DNA of 62,830 nt from Octopus bimaculoides (lineage: Eukaryota). Location of the stretch: positions 31,196,734 through 31,259,563 of the forward strand of contig NC_068982.1 in assembly GCF_001194135.2 (NCBI RefSeq), written 5' to 3'. Below, one piece after another: positions 12,831 to 26,600 of the stretch (position 1 is the stretch's first letter; each line of letters opens with the position of its first letter). The notes under the pieces are model-generated. The model worked only from the letters and a program-made list of their open reading frames with translations. It did not search any database and was not told the DNA's origin. A program made the translations under genes and the position numbers.

Positions 12831-14459
12831 AATGACTCCTAGGTATTGAAAGCAGCTAATGTAATGTAGGTTTCGTACGGTACTCCCTGTTGAATTATGC
12901 TGGTTCTATTACGATATGACGTGGAACAATGATAAAGGATACGCATATATGTAAATACAACAGCAATAACGTTTGCTTCAATTTTGAAACTGTTTTCGGA
13001 AATATGGATCTACTGAGTTAACTTCCGTTTGATTTTTAGGTATGTATTTTTATCTTTTTCTACCAAACCGGAGTCTTAAAAGCAATCAGTAACGGTGAAA
13101 ACATATACTAAGAAAAGACAAGAAAACAACACATGATACTTTGCAGATGTTATATTGATAGATTAAATCAGGTTTCAATTACTAAATAGTTTTGTCTGCT
13201 ATATCAATATTCCACAGTTAGCCGTGATATCTTTTCTGTATGAAGGTAACATCTTCGCTAAATATTCAGTAATCAATTCTTCTTATTTACAAGGATACTG
13301 AGGTAACAAAGAAGATTAGCAAGCCGATTATCTTATATCCACCCAGGTTGCTTGCTAAACGGTATGAATCCTGCTTTCTTAATGCTAATTATCCAGTGAT
13401 TATATATTCAAAACAACACGTTTAAATGAATAACTAACTAGAGTATGTCATTCGTATGAAGCATAAAACTAAAGTTAGTATTGACATATTTATTACAGAA
13501 AAGAACTAGAAAATCTAACTAGAAATAATTATGTGGTGAGTATAAAACAATTATAATCAATGAATAATATAATTTTAATTAGGTGAGCAATTTCAGTAAA
13601 TTACTCTGGACTCCAGACATGTTTCTATCTTTTTCACGGCCTAAACAGTGACGTATAAACAAATATAGTGGGAAAAAAATACGATCATTTACATTTAGCT
13701 CTTTTTATATTTCCCCTGCGTCAGAAAACATCAACAACTTTGAGATTTTTTAATACACTAAATATATTAAATAATTCTTTTTCTGAACGACAATAAATGC
13801 AAATTATTCTCCATTTAGATAGAGATTCTTTAATTGGTAAATGCCGTGAAGCTAAAGCTTCACTGATGAGGCTATAATAAAACAGAAGAAGCGTATATTT
13901 AGATCTAACAAGTCCTTTCGGAAGGAAGTAAAATAATACGAGGCATTGATTAATTATTGTTTTCAGCTACGACAGTAAGTTTTTAACAATCCATATATTA
14001 ATAATTCAACATTAACTGAAGAAGTTTAAATGATTGATACTTCTGATTCGCCTCAGACGTAATATTCTTAAATGTGTCGTATTTCGTCTGAATCATGTCC
14101 TATAATCCTACGATACTGTCTGACCTTTTTTCACTATCACTTCATATACAATATCAGCATGGATTTCACATTTCTGTAAAGTAATTTTACAAAATGTTTC
14201 ATGCTTTCTTTTTTTTTATATCCAGAGTAAAGTATTCGGTGAAACACATATCGGATGAATTATGGGTGTAATGTAAATGAGAATGAAATAGCTTTCCTAC
14301 CCCACAAAACACGTAGTTCCATTTTACTGTTTTTGTCTCACGTATTAACATTACAGTTCATCATTCTTGTTTTACATCGTTTTTTTGTTTTTGTTTTAAA
14401 AGGCATTATTTTAAATATTTCACTTACTTTCATAGTGCATATTGTATAATATCTTCAAA

Positions 14460-15518
14460 TACCACCACTGCTGGCATCTCTTCGCATCGAACCTGTGACG
14501 GCGTTATTTCAATTTTTTCCCCCAAATAGATCCTTTTACCTTTCACATCTGTCTCTCTCGAGCAAGACCGCCCTGTCGCCTTCGGTACATTCCCTCTCTG
14601 ATAACTTGATTCTAATTACATTTTTCATTTTTGTAATTTTTCTCTCGATCTCTACACTCATTTTATAGTTTATCATCGTTCGAATGTGTTTTCCTTTTGA
14701 TACCAATTCCCGTTTTCCCTCGTTATTCTCTCCTGATGTTCCTGGTATTGGTGTCTCATCCCTCTCTGTATCTCCCTTACTTCTTGTTACTGATATCTCT
14801 CTTCTCTCTTCCTTTCCTTTCTGCGCACTTGCCTCTTCCTCCTCCATAGTTTTCTTTAGTCTTTCGCATTGATTCTCCTCTATATTTTCTTTTCTCTTCT
14901 ATGGACTTTTGGGTGGTGAATTACCATTTCCTTCGCTTTTCTTCTTTCTTTTTCCAACTCTATACCTTTCTCCTACATTTTCTATCTTTTCGTTTACTTG
15001 CATTTGTACCTCTGCCCTTTTTCTTCCTGATTCTCTGATTCTACTTCCTTTTCTTGTTGCTGCGGACACCTTGCTTTCATGTGTCCCCTTATTCCGCAAA
15101 GAAAACATACAGGTGGTCTTCCTTCCACCACTATCCTCAGCCTTTCTTCGTTCGGCAGTATCAGTTCCTCCGCACTCTTATGGAAGTCTGGCAGGCTTAT
15201 ATGGACCAAAACATCCAATCCAAACCTCCAGCAGTTCACCCCCATAATTCTTGGTATCTTTATTATCTCAGTGTCTTCTTCTGTGCTGAAGAGAATGGCT
15301 GCCACCAGCCGCGCCTCATCAATTTCTGGTGGAACTCTACCTATTCTTACTCTGGTCGCACGTTTACCACAGTAAGTCGGTAGCAGTGCTCACTCCGCTG
15401 ATCTCAATGGCACAGTGGAGTATTTTCTCGCTTCTTCTTCACTCACGAAGCGTACATCCACTGTGCCATATTTCCTTCCTCTTCCTCTGGTATAGAACGT
15501 TACTACGTTCTGAATATC
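14460..15518 (-). mobile_element. L1/Tx1-like non-LTR retrotransposon ORF1 (gag-like, CCHC zinc knuckle), decayed
   Basis: GRKYGTVDVRFVSEEEARK..LLPTYCGKRATRVRIGRVPPEID..LRIVVEGRPPVCFLCGIRGHMKARCP (CX2CX4HX4C); collinear with ORF1 at 43483-44600. Confidence 0.82.
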
Positions 15519-15830
15519 TTAATATTGGACAAAGGAGAGGAAGGAGTTCAGTTGTTCGCAGGAAAGTGAGGTCACATAGATACAGTCATCGATATAAAGA
15601 CCGTATAACTCGGGAGTGGCACCAGTAAATTGTGAGAATTGTGAGAATATTTGGGCCTCAACGTAGCCAACGGACAGGCTCGCATAGTTGGAGCCCATTC
15701 TCGTTCCCATGGACACTCTCGAGACTTGTTGGTAAAACTCCCTTGCGAATGAGAAGCAGTTGAGGGAGAAGACAAGTTCGGCCAGACGAAGAAATGTGAA
15801 GGTGTGAGGTTGAAGTTCAGGCCGAAGGTC
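15519..15830 (-). mobile_element. Penelope-like element reverse transcriptase fragment
   Basis: LDLRPELQPHTFTFLRLAELVFSLNCFSFAREFYQQVSRVSMGTRMGSNYASL..YGLYIDDC contains the PLE (G)xxMGxxMxPxYA and YIDD motifs. Confidence 0.88.
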
Positions 15831-15849
15831 TAGAAAATTTTATTAAGCG

Positions 15850-16100
15850 CAAAAAGTCCTTTGCTGTGTCCTGGAATGACTCACCGGTTAATTTGCTTGT
15901 CGCTTGGCTTGGTCTGAGATTCCATGTAAAACTTGCACGAGGTTACGAGCAAGCGTCTTAGTATAAGATAGTCTGAGAAGAGCAATCTTCTCTTCTTTTT
16001 TTGTTTTGGGGAAAAAAGTAGATCGGAGAGCAGTGGCAAAACCATACATCATGATCGCAGCTTGTCTCAAAGGAATGAAGTATTTACCTTAGAGCAAGTA
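15850..16100 (-). other. Possible N-terminal part of the same PLE ORF, joined to the RT fragment by deletion
   Basis: The open frame MMYGFATALRSTFFPKTKKEEKIALLRLSYTKTLARNLVQVL lies directly upstream on the same strand. No diagnostic motif. Confidence 0.3.
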
Positions 16101-16751
16101 AGGAGGAATATACCATACTAGTGTTTCGCTAAATGTAGGCGGGGGTAGGGGGTGGATTTTCAGACTGTCAAAAGAACAGATATATAAAGGAACAGACGAT
16201 GTAAGATATCGTTTAATATGAAAGTAACCTTCACATCGCCTTCACAGCAAAGGACGAGCAGTGGTCGGGACAAGTTTCTATGAACCTGCAACTTCTCATT
16301 TCTCTTGAAGAAGAATAAGCAATCGTGCTGGTATGTTACATGCTGAGTAGAAAGAGAAAATAATTGGTGTTGCAGTGAAGAATGCCTTTCTGTGAAACAT
16401 GCAACGTTAAGCTACAGTAGATGTCTTCAAACCCATTAGAACCATCATAATAAGGTAATAGAGAAAACGCACAACAGCGGAACCTACAGCTTCTAGGGAA
16501 TCACCAGTTGTATAGCCTCATGAATAGTAGAGGAAATGATCTTGTTCACAGTGCTAAATATATTCACATTTGTGAGGTACTTTCACGAAGGCCAAATGAA
16601 GGATCCTCATTCATGTTTGAGTGGGTTATCTATATTCTTTTATATTTATGCCATTTCATCTACACACGCTCGCCCGTATATGGGATATTTAAACATTCAT
16701 TTTCATCACGCAGCAAGTGAATGAGTTGGTAACATTATTATTGCGTCTTTG

Positions 16752-16975
16752 CGTTCAAATTTCACCGAATTCGACTTTATCTTTAATCCTTTCTGGGACG
16801 ATGAAATCAATACCGTTCGAGTACTAAGGGTCAAATGTAATCTTGTTGCTCATCCCCACAAAATTTCAGGTCCTGTGGCTATGATATGAAGAATTATTAT
16901 TATTATTAATATTGTTATTGTTGTCATCGTCGTCATCGTAATCGTCGTCATCATCGTTGTCGTCGTTGTTGTTAT
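16752..16975 (+). mobile_element. SINE family A 3' half with (ATT)n tail grading into (GTC)/(GTT) repeats
   Basis: TTCAAATTTCACCGAATTCGACTTT..CCCCACAAAATTTCAGG..ATTATTATT. Confidence 0.75.
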
Positions 16976-17827
16976 TCACAGTTTTAAATAAGTTAAAATC
17001 ACATTGTTTTTCTTTATATAATATATTTTCATGTAATTTAATTTCTTCCACTGTTGTTATTTTGTGTAATATCTTCCGTCGTGTCTTCAGTTAAATTTCA
17101 AAACATTCTAGGTTATAATGCTGTGCCTAAGAATACTATATTGTGTTAAATGTATAGATGTAAGCTGCCTGCAGCTTTACGTATGTTCTTTTTTATAGTG
17201 AACTATCTATATTTGCGGAAATAAAATGAGAACAAATTTTAAAATTTATCCGCTCCATATACTTCATACATTTGTCAGAAACATCTCAGTCTCCTAAAGA
17301 GCAATGTTTTTCCAGACAGAATTTCTATAGAGATGTATTAGTATTCTTTCATATTCAGTTTTTAATGTATAGATGGTTTAGTCTGATATTCCATTTTGTT
17401 TGCGCAGTCACAGCCCAGTGTTCACTGGTCGCTGCATCCGACATAATTTTTTTGCTTCGCATTGACCAAACAATATAACTGTCTACTTTGCGTATATTTT
17501 TAGACAGGTAAGGACAAGTTAACGTGAAATAAAGTGGTCAATTCTCTCCTAATGCTCACTGCATAATCTTAATTTTATTTCTTTTTTTGCATTGATTCAA
17601 ATTTTTCAACTAGTTTCCGAAGTGTTAAAATTGTTTCGGTATATAGACCGCTAAGGATTTGCTAAATCTGTCTTTATTGACATTAATTCCAAGCTTTTAG
17701 GGTCATGCGGATATTTACATCTCTTTAATCATGCCTCCTTGTCCAATTTATTGTTTCAGTTTCTCTCCCGTTCTTGTTTTTATGCTTGAATATTTCCCAT
17801 GTGGTAGCTAAGTTTATCTGTAATATA

Positions 17828-17900
17828 TTATTTTTTATTCTTTTATCCTTTTACTTGTTTCCCTCACTTGACTGCGGCCATGCTGAAGCACCGCGTTAAA
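17828..17900 (-). mobile_element. SINE family B 3' end fragment
   Basis: CTTTTACTTGTTTC..GACTGCGGCCATGCTGAAGCACCGC; the same motif occurs at 22868 and 37176. Confidence 0.75.
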
Positions 17901-18120
17901 TATGCTATCATTGATGTTTGGTCCCTGATCCACTGTATACATGACTAAGAGCGATTCAACTATGACTTACTTCATACAAGAAATTTTCTGATTTCCATGG
18001 CGGCAGGATTTAATTTGATGAAAAATTTATGGCTACTCCAACCATACTTGGCGATCGAGGGTTCCTCACTGAGACATATGCTTGAAATGTTGGAACAAAG
18101 CCATGAATTTTAAATGCGTT

Positions 18121-18283
18121 GGGGAAGGTTATCGCATCAAGCTCAGTAGTTAACTGGTACGTACTTTATCGACCCCGAAAGAATAGATGACGACCTCAGT
18201 GGAATTTAAACTAAGATCATAAGGGAGTGGAAGATATGCTGCTAATCATTTTGTCTGATGCGCTAACGATTCTGCCAGCGCGC
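18121..18283 (-). mobile_element. SINE family A
   Basis: ACTGGTAC..TTTATCGACCCCGAAAG..GGAATTTAAACT..GCTAACGATTCTGCCAGC. Confidence 0.82.
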
Positions 18284-19154
18284 TGTTGTCTGCAAACCTA
18301 TAATAAGCATATCTTACACATGAGTATTGCAAATTGATCCCGCATTCATCTATTGTTTCATCTGTTTCATGGCCATGAGTCAAGTACTGTACATTCCAAT
18401 TGATAATAATCATTCGGCATCGGCATGGATTTCGTTTAGCTGGGGTTTTTTTTCGGTTTTGTACTTCCTATTTTGATAAGATTGGATTCAAACTTCGCTT
18501 CTTTTCTGCAACAATAAATTAATTAGATTACGTTTGTTGGTAGTTTCTTAATTATAGATATCTTTTCTGCAATATTGGCTTCACTTTAATATACTCCAGT
18601 TATTCTTTTGTATATTAGCTGATGGATGATTACAGTACAATAAATTGGGAACTTCCTAAGACAAATGAGTGGCATCTAATACGCGTTTTTACCTAGAGCT
18701 GTTCCATGTAAAATTTGCGCTGTTTTACTTTTACTTTCGTTTCTTCTTTTATATAGATTAATTTTACCGAAAATTACTTGAGTTCAAACTCGCTAACCAT
18801 TGCTGTCTTCCAATTCATTTTGTTGTCTTTTTTCCTTGATCATTCTCTTCTTCTTTTTCCACCTTTTCGTTATTATTTCTACCAATATTTACCTATATTA
18901 TTTATCATTAATATTTTAAGTATTTGCAAGAAATAGAAACGTCGATATTTTTGTAGTAACTTATCCACATATGTTTGCTGATATGATTTGATTGTTGTTT
19001 GCTTCCAGAATATCTTGTTTTTATTGACATTAAATTTTAGCTATTTTTTGTTGCACGACATCTAGATTCCAATTACTTCAAATGAGAAAAATCTTACATA
19101 TTTTCCCAACTTTATATCAAATGTTCTCTTTCGTCTGATATTTTAGTGAAGATT

Positions 19155-19375
19155 AAGGCGGTGAGATGGCAGTATCATTAGCACGACAGATAAAATGCTT
19201 AGGAGCATTTAGTCCGTCTTTATGGTCTGAGCTCAATTTCCGTCGTCGCCGATTTTGCCTTTCATCCTTTCGGAGTTCGATAAAATATAAGTAGCAGTAG
19301 AGATTGTAATCAATATAATTGACTTACCCTCTGTCCCAAAATTTCTAGCTTTGTGCCAAGCTTAAAACTAATATT
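19155..19375 (+). mobile_element. SINE family A, near full length
   Basis: AAGGCGGTGAGATGGCAG head, B-box-like region, TTTGCCTTTCATCCTTTCGG body. Confidence 0.85.
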
Positions 19376-19399
19376 TTGGTGGAGTTTAGATTATAATCT

Positions 19400-20120
19400 G
19401 ATTCCTTGGGAAACAAGAACAGCTTTCATCAATACAACCATTTACTGCATAAATCATATCAGTCACTCTGTTGATATTCGCCTAGTTTGTTTCACAGGCT
19501 ACAATTATTACATGCAGAGTCCTGTTGTTTTATTGTTTGTAGAGTTGATTGTTTGCGTGTAGCTTAAGCGAGTATTTGAATTGAGTAATATTCGCCAAAT
19601 TTTGGTCAGTTGTGTTTTCTCTATTGTTTTTTTTTATGTTCTCAACGAAATTCTGGATGCCCTGTTGCAGTGTGAGTGTTAACTCTGTTTGCTAATATGT
19701 GATTGTATATTTTGCTGAATAAGTCCATGGGAACTTCAACGGTCAAAACCTTTTTGGATTTTCATTCGTTTTCCTTTGGGTTGGATCTTGTTTTGATCTA
19801 ATGCATTGTTTGGTTTGTGTGGTTTCTAAAGTATTTCTACTGTCCTTTCAGGACGTATTTATTCTACGTGTGTTCTATGTATTCCTGTTGTTTTCATTCT
19901 TTCGTGAAGTCTTGTGTTTTGGCAAATGGTGGGTTCTGTTGTGACACATCCATTCGTTTGTGATAGGTAATCTTTTATGTGAATATGTGCTGTCGGCTTT
20001 GCTTCACTTCGCTTTCCTTTGCTTTTGTGGTGTCATATGTACTTTGAATATGAAGGATACAGTTTCGATGGTTCTATTGTTTGATGGCAAGTGTAGCCTC
20101 TTGCTTTATTTTCAATCTTT
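19400..20120 (-). mobile_element. Decayed Penelope-like element 3' region (thumb and GIY-YIG-like)
   Basis: Mixed-frame peptides TTEPTI.., PMDLFSKIYNHILA.. and GEYYSI..TLQTIKQQDSAC..LGEYQ resemble PLE C-terminal order. Heavily mutated. Confidence 0.5.
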
Positions 20121-20289
20121 ATTCATTTTGAAGTTTATTCCATTTTTATGACATTCTTATTTACACACACACACACACACACCTACGCACGCACACACAC
20201 ACACACATTTAAGCTTTCACTTTATGAAAGAAAACAAAACAGAATAGAAAAAAATAATTGAATTACAAGATATAGAAAAAATGTATGAT

Positions 20290-20980
20290 ACCAAAAATGA
20301 TGGTCTGACCACATGCCAGATCTCAGGTAGAATAAGAGAAGTGGAGAATAGGAGAAGTGGAACGGGACAATCGAATGTCGAGGCAACGCTGGGTCGGGTG
20401 ATGTTAAATGTAGCAAGAGGGATGGTGGAGTAAAGAGAATACACAGAAAGTATGAGAGTGACGAAGAGGTAGTGAAAAAGAGAAAAAAGGAAGTGTAGAA
20501 TTATAAAGAGGCAGAAAAGTGAGAGGGAACTAGCGACTGGAGTTAAATTAGAGGAGTAGTCTTGTTTGTGTGTGTGCATGAATGTGTAGGGTTTATGTGA
20601 CAGTGCAATAAAGGTTTCTATGCGCAATGTTTTTCCATGGTGAATTATGGTGTAGATGATGTGTGAAGGGGTGATAGGTTGGAATTATTATCTTTGGTTG
20701 AAGATAAGAGGATTTGTGTGCCAGTTTCTCTGTTTACGAGTGTGTGTGCATATGAAATAGTTAGTTATATCAATGTGCTAGTATACTACCTGTTATGTCT
20801 ACTCTGCTTGGATGAGTTGATCCACTGGATAGTGTGTGTAATTTGTGACGTGGGAACTGAAATGTGGAGCCAGTATGAAGTGGTGAATATCGTAGGATGG
20901 AATGCAGAGGTGTAGGATGTCAATAAGTTATCACGATCACCGCATTCATAGCCGAAGAGTATACACACAGACATATTCAC
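20290..20980 (-). mobile_element. Decayed Penelope-like fragment with pyrimidine-rich pLTR-like tail
   Basis: Peptide KIIIPTYHPFTHHLHH resembles the PLE P-L-x-L-TYHP motif; followed on the minus strand by CT-rich sequence. Confidence 0.4.
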
Positions 20981-22867
20981 TCACGCATACACAACACTCA
21001 CCTACGCACGCGCGATCACACACGCACAAATACACACACACACATACACACACATATTGTTTATGTATATAAGTGCATAAATATATACATACATGCATGC
21101 AGTGTTTCCTTGGCAAAAAATGTGTCCTGTGACATTTTAAAATCTCTTTGTAATAAACACTTTTATGGAATTCTAAAATTGAATAAAAATCTGAGAACCT
21201 TTAGAAATTCTCTTCGCGTTTACACGGAATAGCGTTTTCAGAAACTTTGTCTTCACGTACTTTCCTAGATAATATTTTGCACTAGAAAATATCAATACAT
21301 TTGTATTTTGCAATTTGAAAATTTTCTCCCGACCGACTTATTGTCAAACAGGATTCAAATATATATACTCACCCGGCCAGAATATAATATTCAGGGTGTT
21401 TTTTCCGTGCATTTGTTTTTCTTTTTTGCTTTTGCAAAATGTACTGGCGCATTATATACATTTCGTAGCTGAAAATAACTTCTACGTTATTTCTGCATAA
21501 AATCATATTTACAGCTAGGATAGTATTACTGTCTCTTTTGGACTTAAGTACTTGAAGCCAGTAATTGATGGTGAACGTCATATAAATCTACCAACAATTG
21601 CAAATGAAAACGTATACCATAGTATGATTTCATCTTTTCTATACTTCCCCGTTCATATTGAAATACACCCACGATAGAATCTTTCACTAGCTCGGCATTT
21701 GCAACATTTTAAGTTACCATTAAAAGCCAAATAATTGATTCATCACTTCAGAGAACTTTTTAAAGCCAAATTGAATCGCAGTTTACAAAGTGCAATTGGT
21801 GTATAATTACTTTCATGATTAACTGAAACATTCTAGCATATTTGTTAGAGGCAAAGTAAGACATTTTAACTGTTGTTTAATGGTTTCTGAAGAAACAGGC
21901 TTCCTTTCAGTAGTTTTAAAATTTATCAACACTTGATACAAGATTGTCTTTATTTTGTAAAAGAGTCAGGTAATCTAGTCTGCTACAAGTTGTACATTTA
22001 GTATGATTAGATCATGTCTCTTTGCTGTAGAACCACTCTGTTAGGAGTGCCCACCTACTCTCTTAATACTAAGCAAAGAAATAGGAAATTTCTTCTTCTT
22101 CGGTATCTTGCGGATTTCAGAATATGATGTATTTATTTCATGGAGACAAGTAATTTGAGTTTTAATAGCCACATCAGCATGAAACTTTTCTTTGAAAGTC
22201 TATGTATTATAAACGAAAATAAGGCTATTCAATATAGCTATCTCTCTTGTAATTAGAACCATTTGCGCACAACTTTTGATCTAAACATTAAAAGAAATTT
22301 CTACTACACTTGACTTTAAATGGAATCTAAAAATATACTTCTAAGTATTTTAAATAGCTCTTTCAAACTTCTTAGTATATAAAATCTTTCAAAACAATCC
22401 CATCATATATTTTCCATACGTACAATTTTAAATTCTCCTGTCTTTCGTGATATATTTGCCCTTAAGGATAAACGATATATATCTATATGAAGCTTCGCAA
22501 TTTCGATTTGTTTTCATAAAACTCTGTACGCAACTTTATAAAACGTCTCGCCGACAAAATGGTACAAGAGAAATCGTATGAAGGAAATGCCACAGTATTT
22601 GGAGCAAATAAACTCTTAAAACCGACATATTCATCACTGTTAGATGCACCATTTTTACAACGAATATTTGGTATAGTTAACCCAGATTACATCCTCACGC
22701 ACATACACAGGCGTATGCACATATACACGTATCAGTGTTGTTTCTGTGTTGTTATAACTATAACTTAATTTTTTATATATACAGACAATTTGTTTTAGAA
22801 CGGAAATGTTGCCAATTATCTTCAAGTGCTAACATTTTGTTTAAAAGAGTATATATATATATACATA

Positions 22868-23105
22868 CATATCTTTTATCTTTTATTTGTTTCAGTTACT
22901 AAGACTACAGCCAAGCTGGGGTACCGCCTTGAATTTTTTAGCCGAATGAATCGACCTCAGTACCCAGTTGTCAAGCAGTGATGGGGGACAAACACAGACA
23001 CAAATACACACACATAGAAATATATATATATATATGACGGGCTTCTTTCAGTTTCCGTCTACCAAACCCACTCACGAGGGTGTGGCCAGCTCGAGGTCAT
23101 TAGGA
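22868..23105 (-). mobile_element. SINE family B, internally deleted, head missing
   Basis: GACGGGCTTCTTTCAGTTTCCGTCTACCAAA..CACTCAC and GTTGTCAAGCAGTGATGGGGGACAAACACAGACAC match the 40807 copy in reverse. Confidence 0.88.
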
Positions 23106-25688
23106 CACGTATTGCATCTACCTGCGTTCGACTATCATTAAACAGTTTTTAAATTATTAAAGGAGCTGTATTCGACTATTATTAAATCATTACAACTTCA
23201 AATAGATATGCTGAGAACTACATTCTTTCGCGTTTCACGCAATACCATATATAAATACATATAAGCGTATACACTTATATCTATGTGTTTGTTTGTGCAT
23301 GTGTATTTGTATATTCTTTCGAATAAGACAATTCTATTGCTACATATGGTTTTTTGCTATATGTCATTTCTGGGAAAAAGAATTTTTTTTTCATCTGTCT
23401 CTACGTAGTTTGATAATTAAGTTCCCACGAACAAACAGAGTCTAATAAATGTTTTGTTTTGCAATACACATTCCTATTAATCGTATTTTTCTAAGTTGAA
23501 GCATTTGAACTGAGAACAAAGATTTTTAACAGATTCTGCAAGGGACTGTTTATGGGTCTTTAACACGCCTAGCATTCTACTTCTTTGGAATGTGTTTTCA
23601 TTTATTGATCAGGAACTAGTGAAAAGCCAAATTGCTCTCATTCAGACTTGGTTAATATCTTTTAGTAGTAAATTCTGATCACATCAATTAAGACAGGTAC
23701 GCCCGATTTGAAATATCTATTATTTACCTTCATCATTTGACAACTGATGGATTATCTAAGGAAAAGACATGGGATTTCTGAACATTTATCTACTTGTGTG
23801 CTCGTATTTAGATCAATAAAATCTGTTTTACGTGAACTGGTGTAAAGATTCCAATAGTAAAAGTTTGATGTATAAACAGACGTATATATTCAGTAAATAA
23901 TATTGATAATTTATGAGCTCAAAGCTTATAAGCGATCACCATGTATTAACTAAAGAAAATACCTCGACGGGATAAAATTGGCCTTCCGTACGCATGGTGA
24001 ACGATCTCTCACTTCTACACATTAGTGATAAGTGTACTACCATTACACCAACATACCCATTCACTTCTTCCTGTTAGATTTAAGAACTATAATTTCATAA
24101 TTTTATTTTTTTAAACAAATAGACATGCGTGTTTTCTGCGATGATTTGAGAAGAGGTGACGAGTGACAATTCTGTAAATAATAATAATATTTTATTAGAT
24201 ATTGACTCCCTCTAAAAATATGGGCATTTACTGCAACTTTCCATGCAAAAATGACTTTGTTTGTATCAATCCATTATACGAAAATACACACACTAATTAT
24301 TTCTTATTTAAAAAAAAAATAGCATTACTCCTTCACTTTCATGAGTGTCTTCATTTCAAGAAAGTCCTCCTTAAACATACATGGGCTCATTCAACTTACT
24401 AATTCAATTTTTGTGTTCTTAAAATTACTCAAAGAATTCAATAGCATTACAGATTATTTTTATTAAAGATATATATTAGTTGTAAATAGTTGGGTAATAT
24501 CTAAAAGACAAATGTATCTAGAATAAACTGTTATCTGTGTATGTAGAACGATATATTCGGTTTTTCACGGATTTTCTTGAATCTAAATTTACATCCGGAA
24601 AATCAGCAACCCAGCTAATCAATTACCACTTCATAGGACTTGAGCCTAGTATATACCATCTGTGTCTTTCGTAATTCAGTTATAGCATAATATTTTTTCC
24701 TGATATGTACGTGTGTTTCCCTTGCCCAGTAGGCGTTACTGGTGCTTCTACTTTTCATAGCAGTATTCTAGTAGCTATTTAAAGATATAATACTCGTACG
24801 TTTGTTTTTACAATGAACAACGTTTGGAATGTCTATATTTAAGGAAACTTTTATTAGAATATAAACATATATTCTAACTGAAATAATTATCTAGAGTCCT
24901 TTTTTTAGATTAGATTAAACGAATTAAACAAAAACATGTAATTAAATATTTACTTTTGCTTTATTTCGCATTTTCCACTCCTTTTACATAAGAATTCTAC
25001 GTCGAACTTAAATTTATTGATATTTTACCCGCAAAGTTTTTGATATTTTGCCTTCAACTCTAATTGCTAGAAAACGAGTAGAAATACTTAACTTTTCAAT
25101 ATTCAAAACCAAGTTAAATATCAATATTTTGAACAAAGAGCAGAATCAAGTATCACGATTATTAGAATGTTGAAGTCTGTAAGATTTGCTTCATGTCATG
25201 AATTTCGTTTTTGTAGTTTCAAAATAGATTGAAGAAATAAAAATAGCAAACTACGTTTGTAAAAAGGAGAAAAACATTATGAACAAATAAAGAAAACATC
25301 GATTTCACATAGAGATATCATGAAATTCTTGACAATTTTCTATATATCTAATTTCCTCCCCAGAAAACTGCGCTGTAAATGGTATTGTCATGTACTGTGT
25401 CAAAAAATAGTCTGTGATTAAGTTTGAATATAATCTGGTAGCAGTGACGTAAATATGCAATAAAACGAGCATTTTGTGTCGATGTGACTCAACTATTTAT
25501 AGCCAAAGCTTTATGTGACTAACTCTTATTTATTTTTTTAAAACAGCTAATATTTTCTTTTGGCCCATTTTCTTGTCACTTAATGTATTCTTCAAGGATT
25601 GTATAAAAGGGAAGAAATAACGTATTCCGCTTTAGATTTTGGAAGATAATATTTCTTTTAAATCTGGGAAACTTGACAATGTAAAATT

Positions 25689-25729
<41 letters not shown>

Positions 25730-26514
25730 CTAGAATGCCCATAAAATACAAGTGCTCACATATTCATATAATCCGTTCAAGGAGAAAAAGTATCGCATTT
25801 CTAAAAGCCTTACTTTTATTATTGCATATGAGTTTAATATTAACATATTTTTATACGTTTTCTCTACGATTTCTGTATGTACTTAAGATGATGATGCATT
25901 AATTGTCACATAATTATTAGTGCTGAGGCAAATTTCAAAATAGTAATAAAATATATGGATAATTAAATTAAATGACTTTTGTTATAGTATATGTAATGAT
26001 CCTAGTAAATATTTCATCCACTAAAATTAGAACGCGTGATAGAGAGAAAGCCATTAGCTTTCTAAGATCATCTGGTCACGAAAGGCAAGGGAGATAACGG
26101 CGAAATCATAATGCTTTAAAAATAGAATTGGAGCATGAAGTCGATAACTTTCGGCGTGTTATGGACACATTACATCCCCCAACAGAGTACAGGCTTTCTC
26201 GTACGTAGCAGACCTCGGAGTGACTGGGAAGATAACGATTTTGATAGAACACTATTCACTGATAATTAGTCTAAAATAATGGAAAAGTTTTCCAGAATTG
26301 ACTAGTCTATAATGAGCCTATTGCTTAGCATGATCTTGCATATATAATGTAGTATCCAGAAAAATGTTCAGTGAATTAAAATGAAACTCCAAATAAGACA
26401 AAAATAGTCAGAATTCCCGATAAAACTTAGAAAGTAGAGCGATTATACCCGAAGAAATGCACTTAACTATGTTTTTTCAGGAAGTAGTAATTTTCTCATA
26501 TCAAATTTAGTTTA

Positions 26515-26600
26515 CAGAATCGACCCTAGAGAAATTTGAACTTAGAACGTAAAGCCTTTTAGCATAATGTGCTAAGATTTTGCCAGCTCACCACCGTCTT
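26515..26600 (-). mobile_element. SINE family A head fragment
   Basis: GAAATTTGAACTTAGAACGTAAAG..TTTTGCCAGCTCACCACC. Confidence 0.75.

Noticed and set aside
13847-13890. GTGAAGC-TAAA-GCTTCAC hairpin followed by CTGATGAG as a type III hammerhead
   Set aside because: No NUH triplet, and helix II and GAAA cannot be completed.
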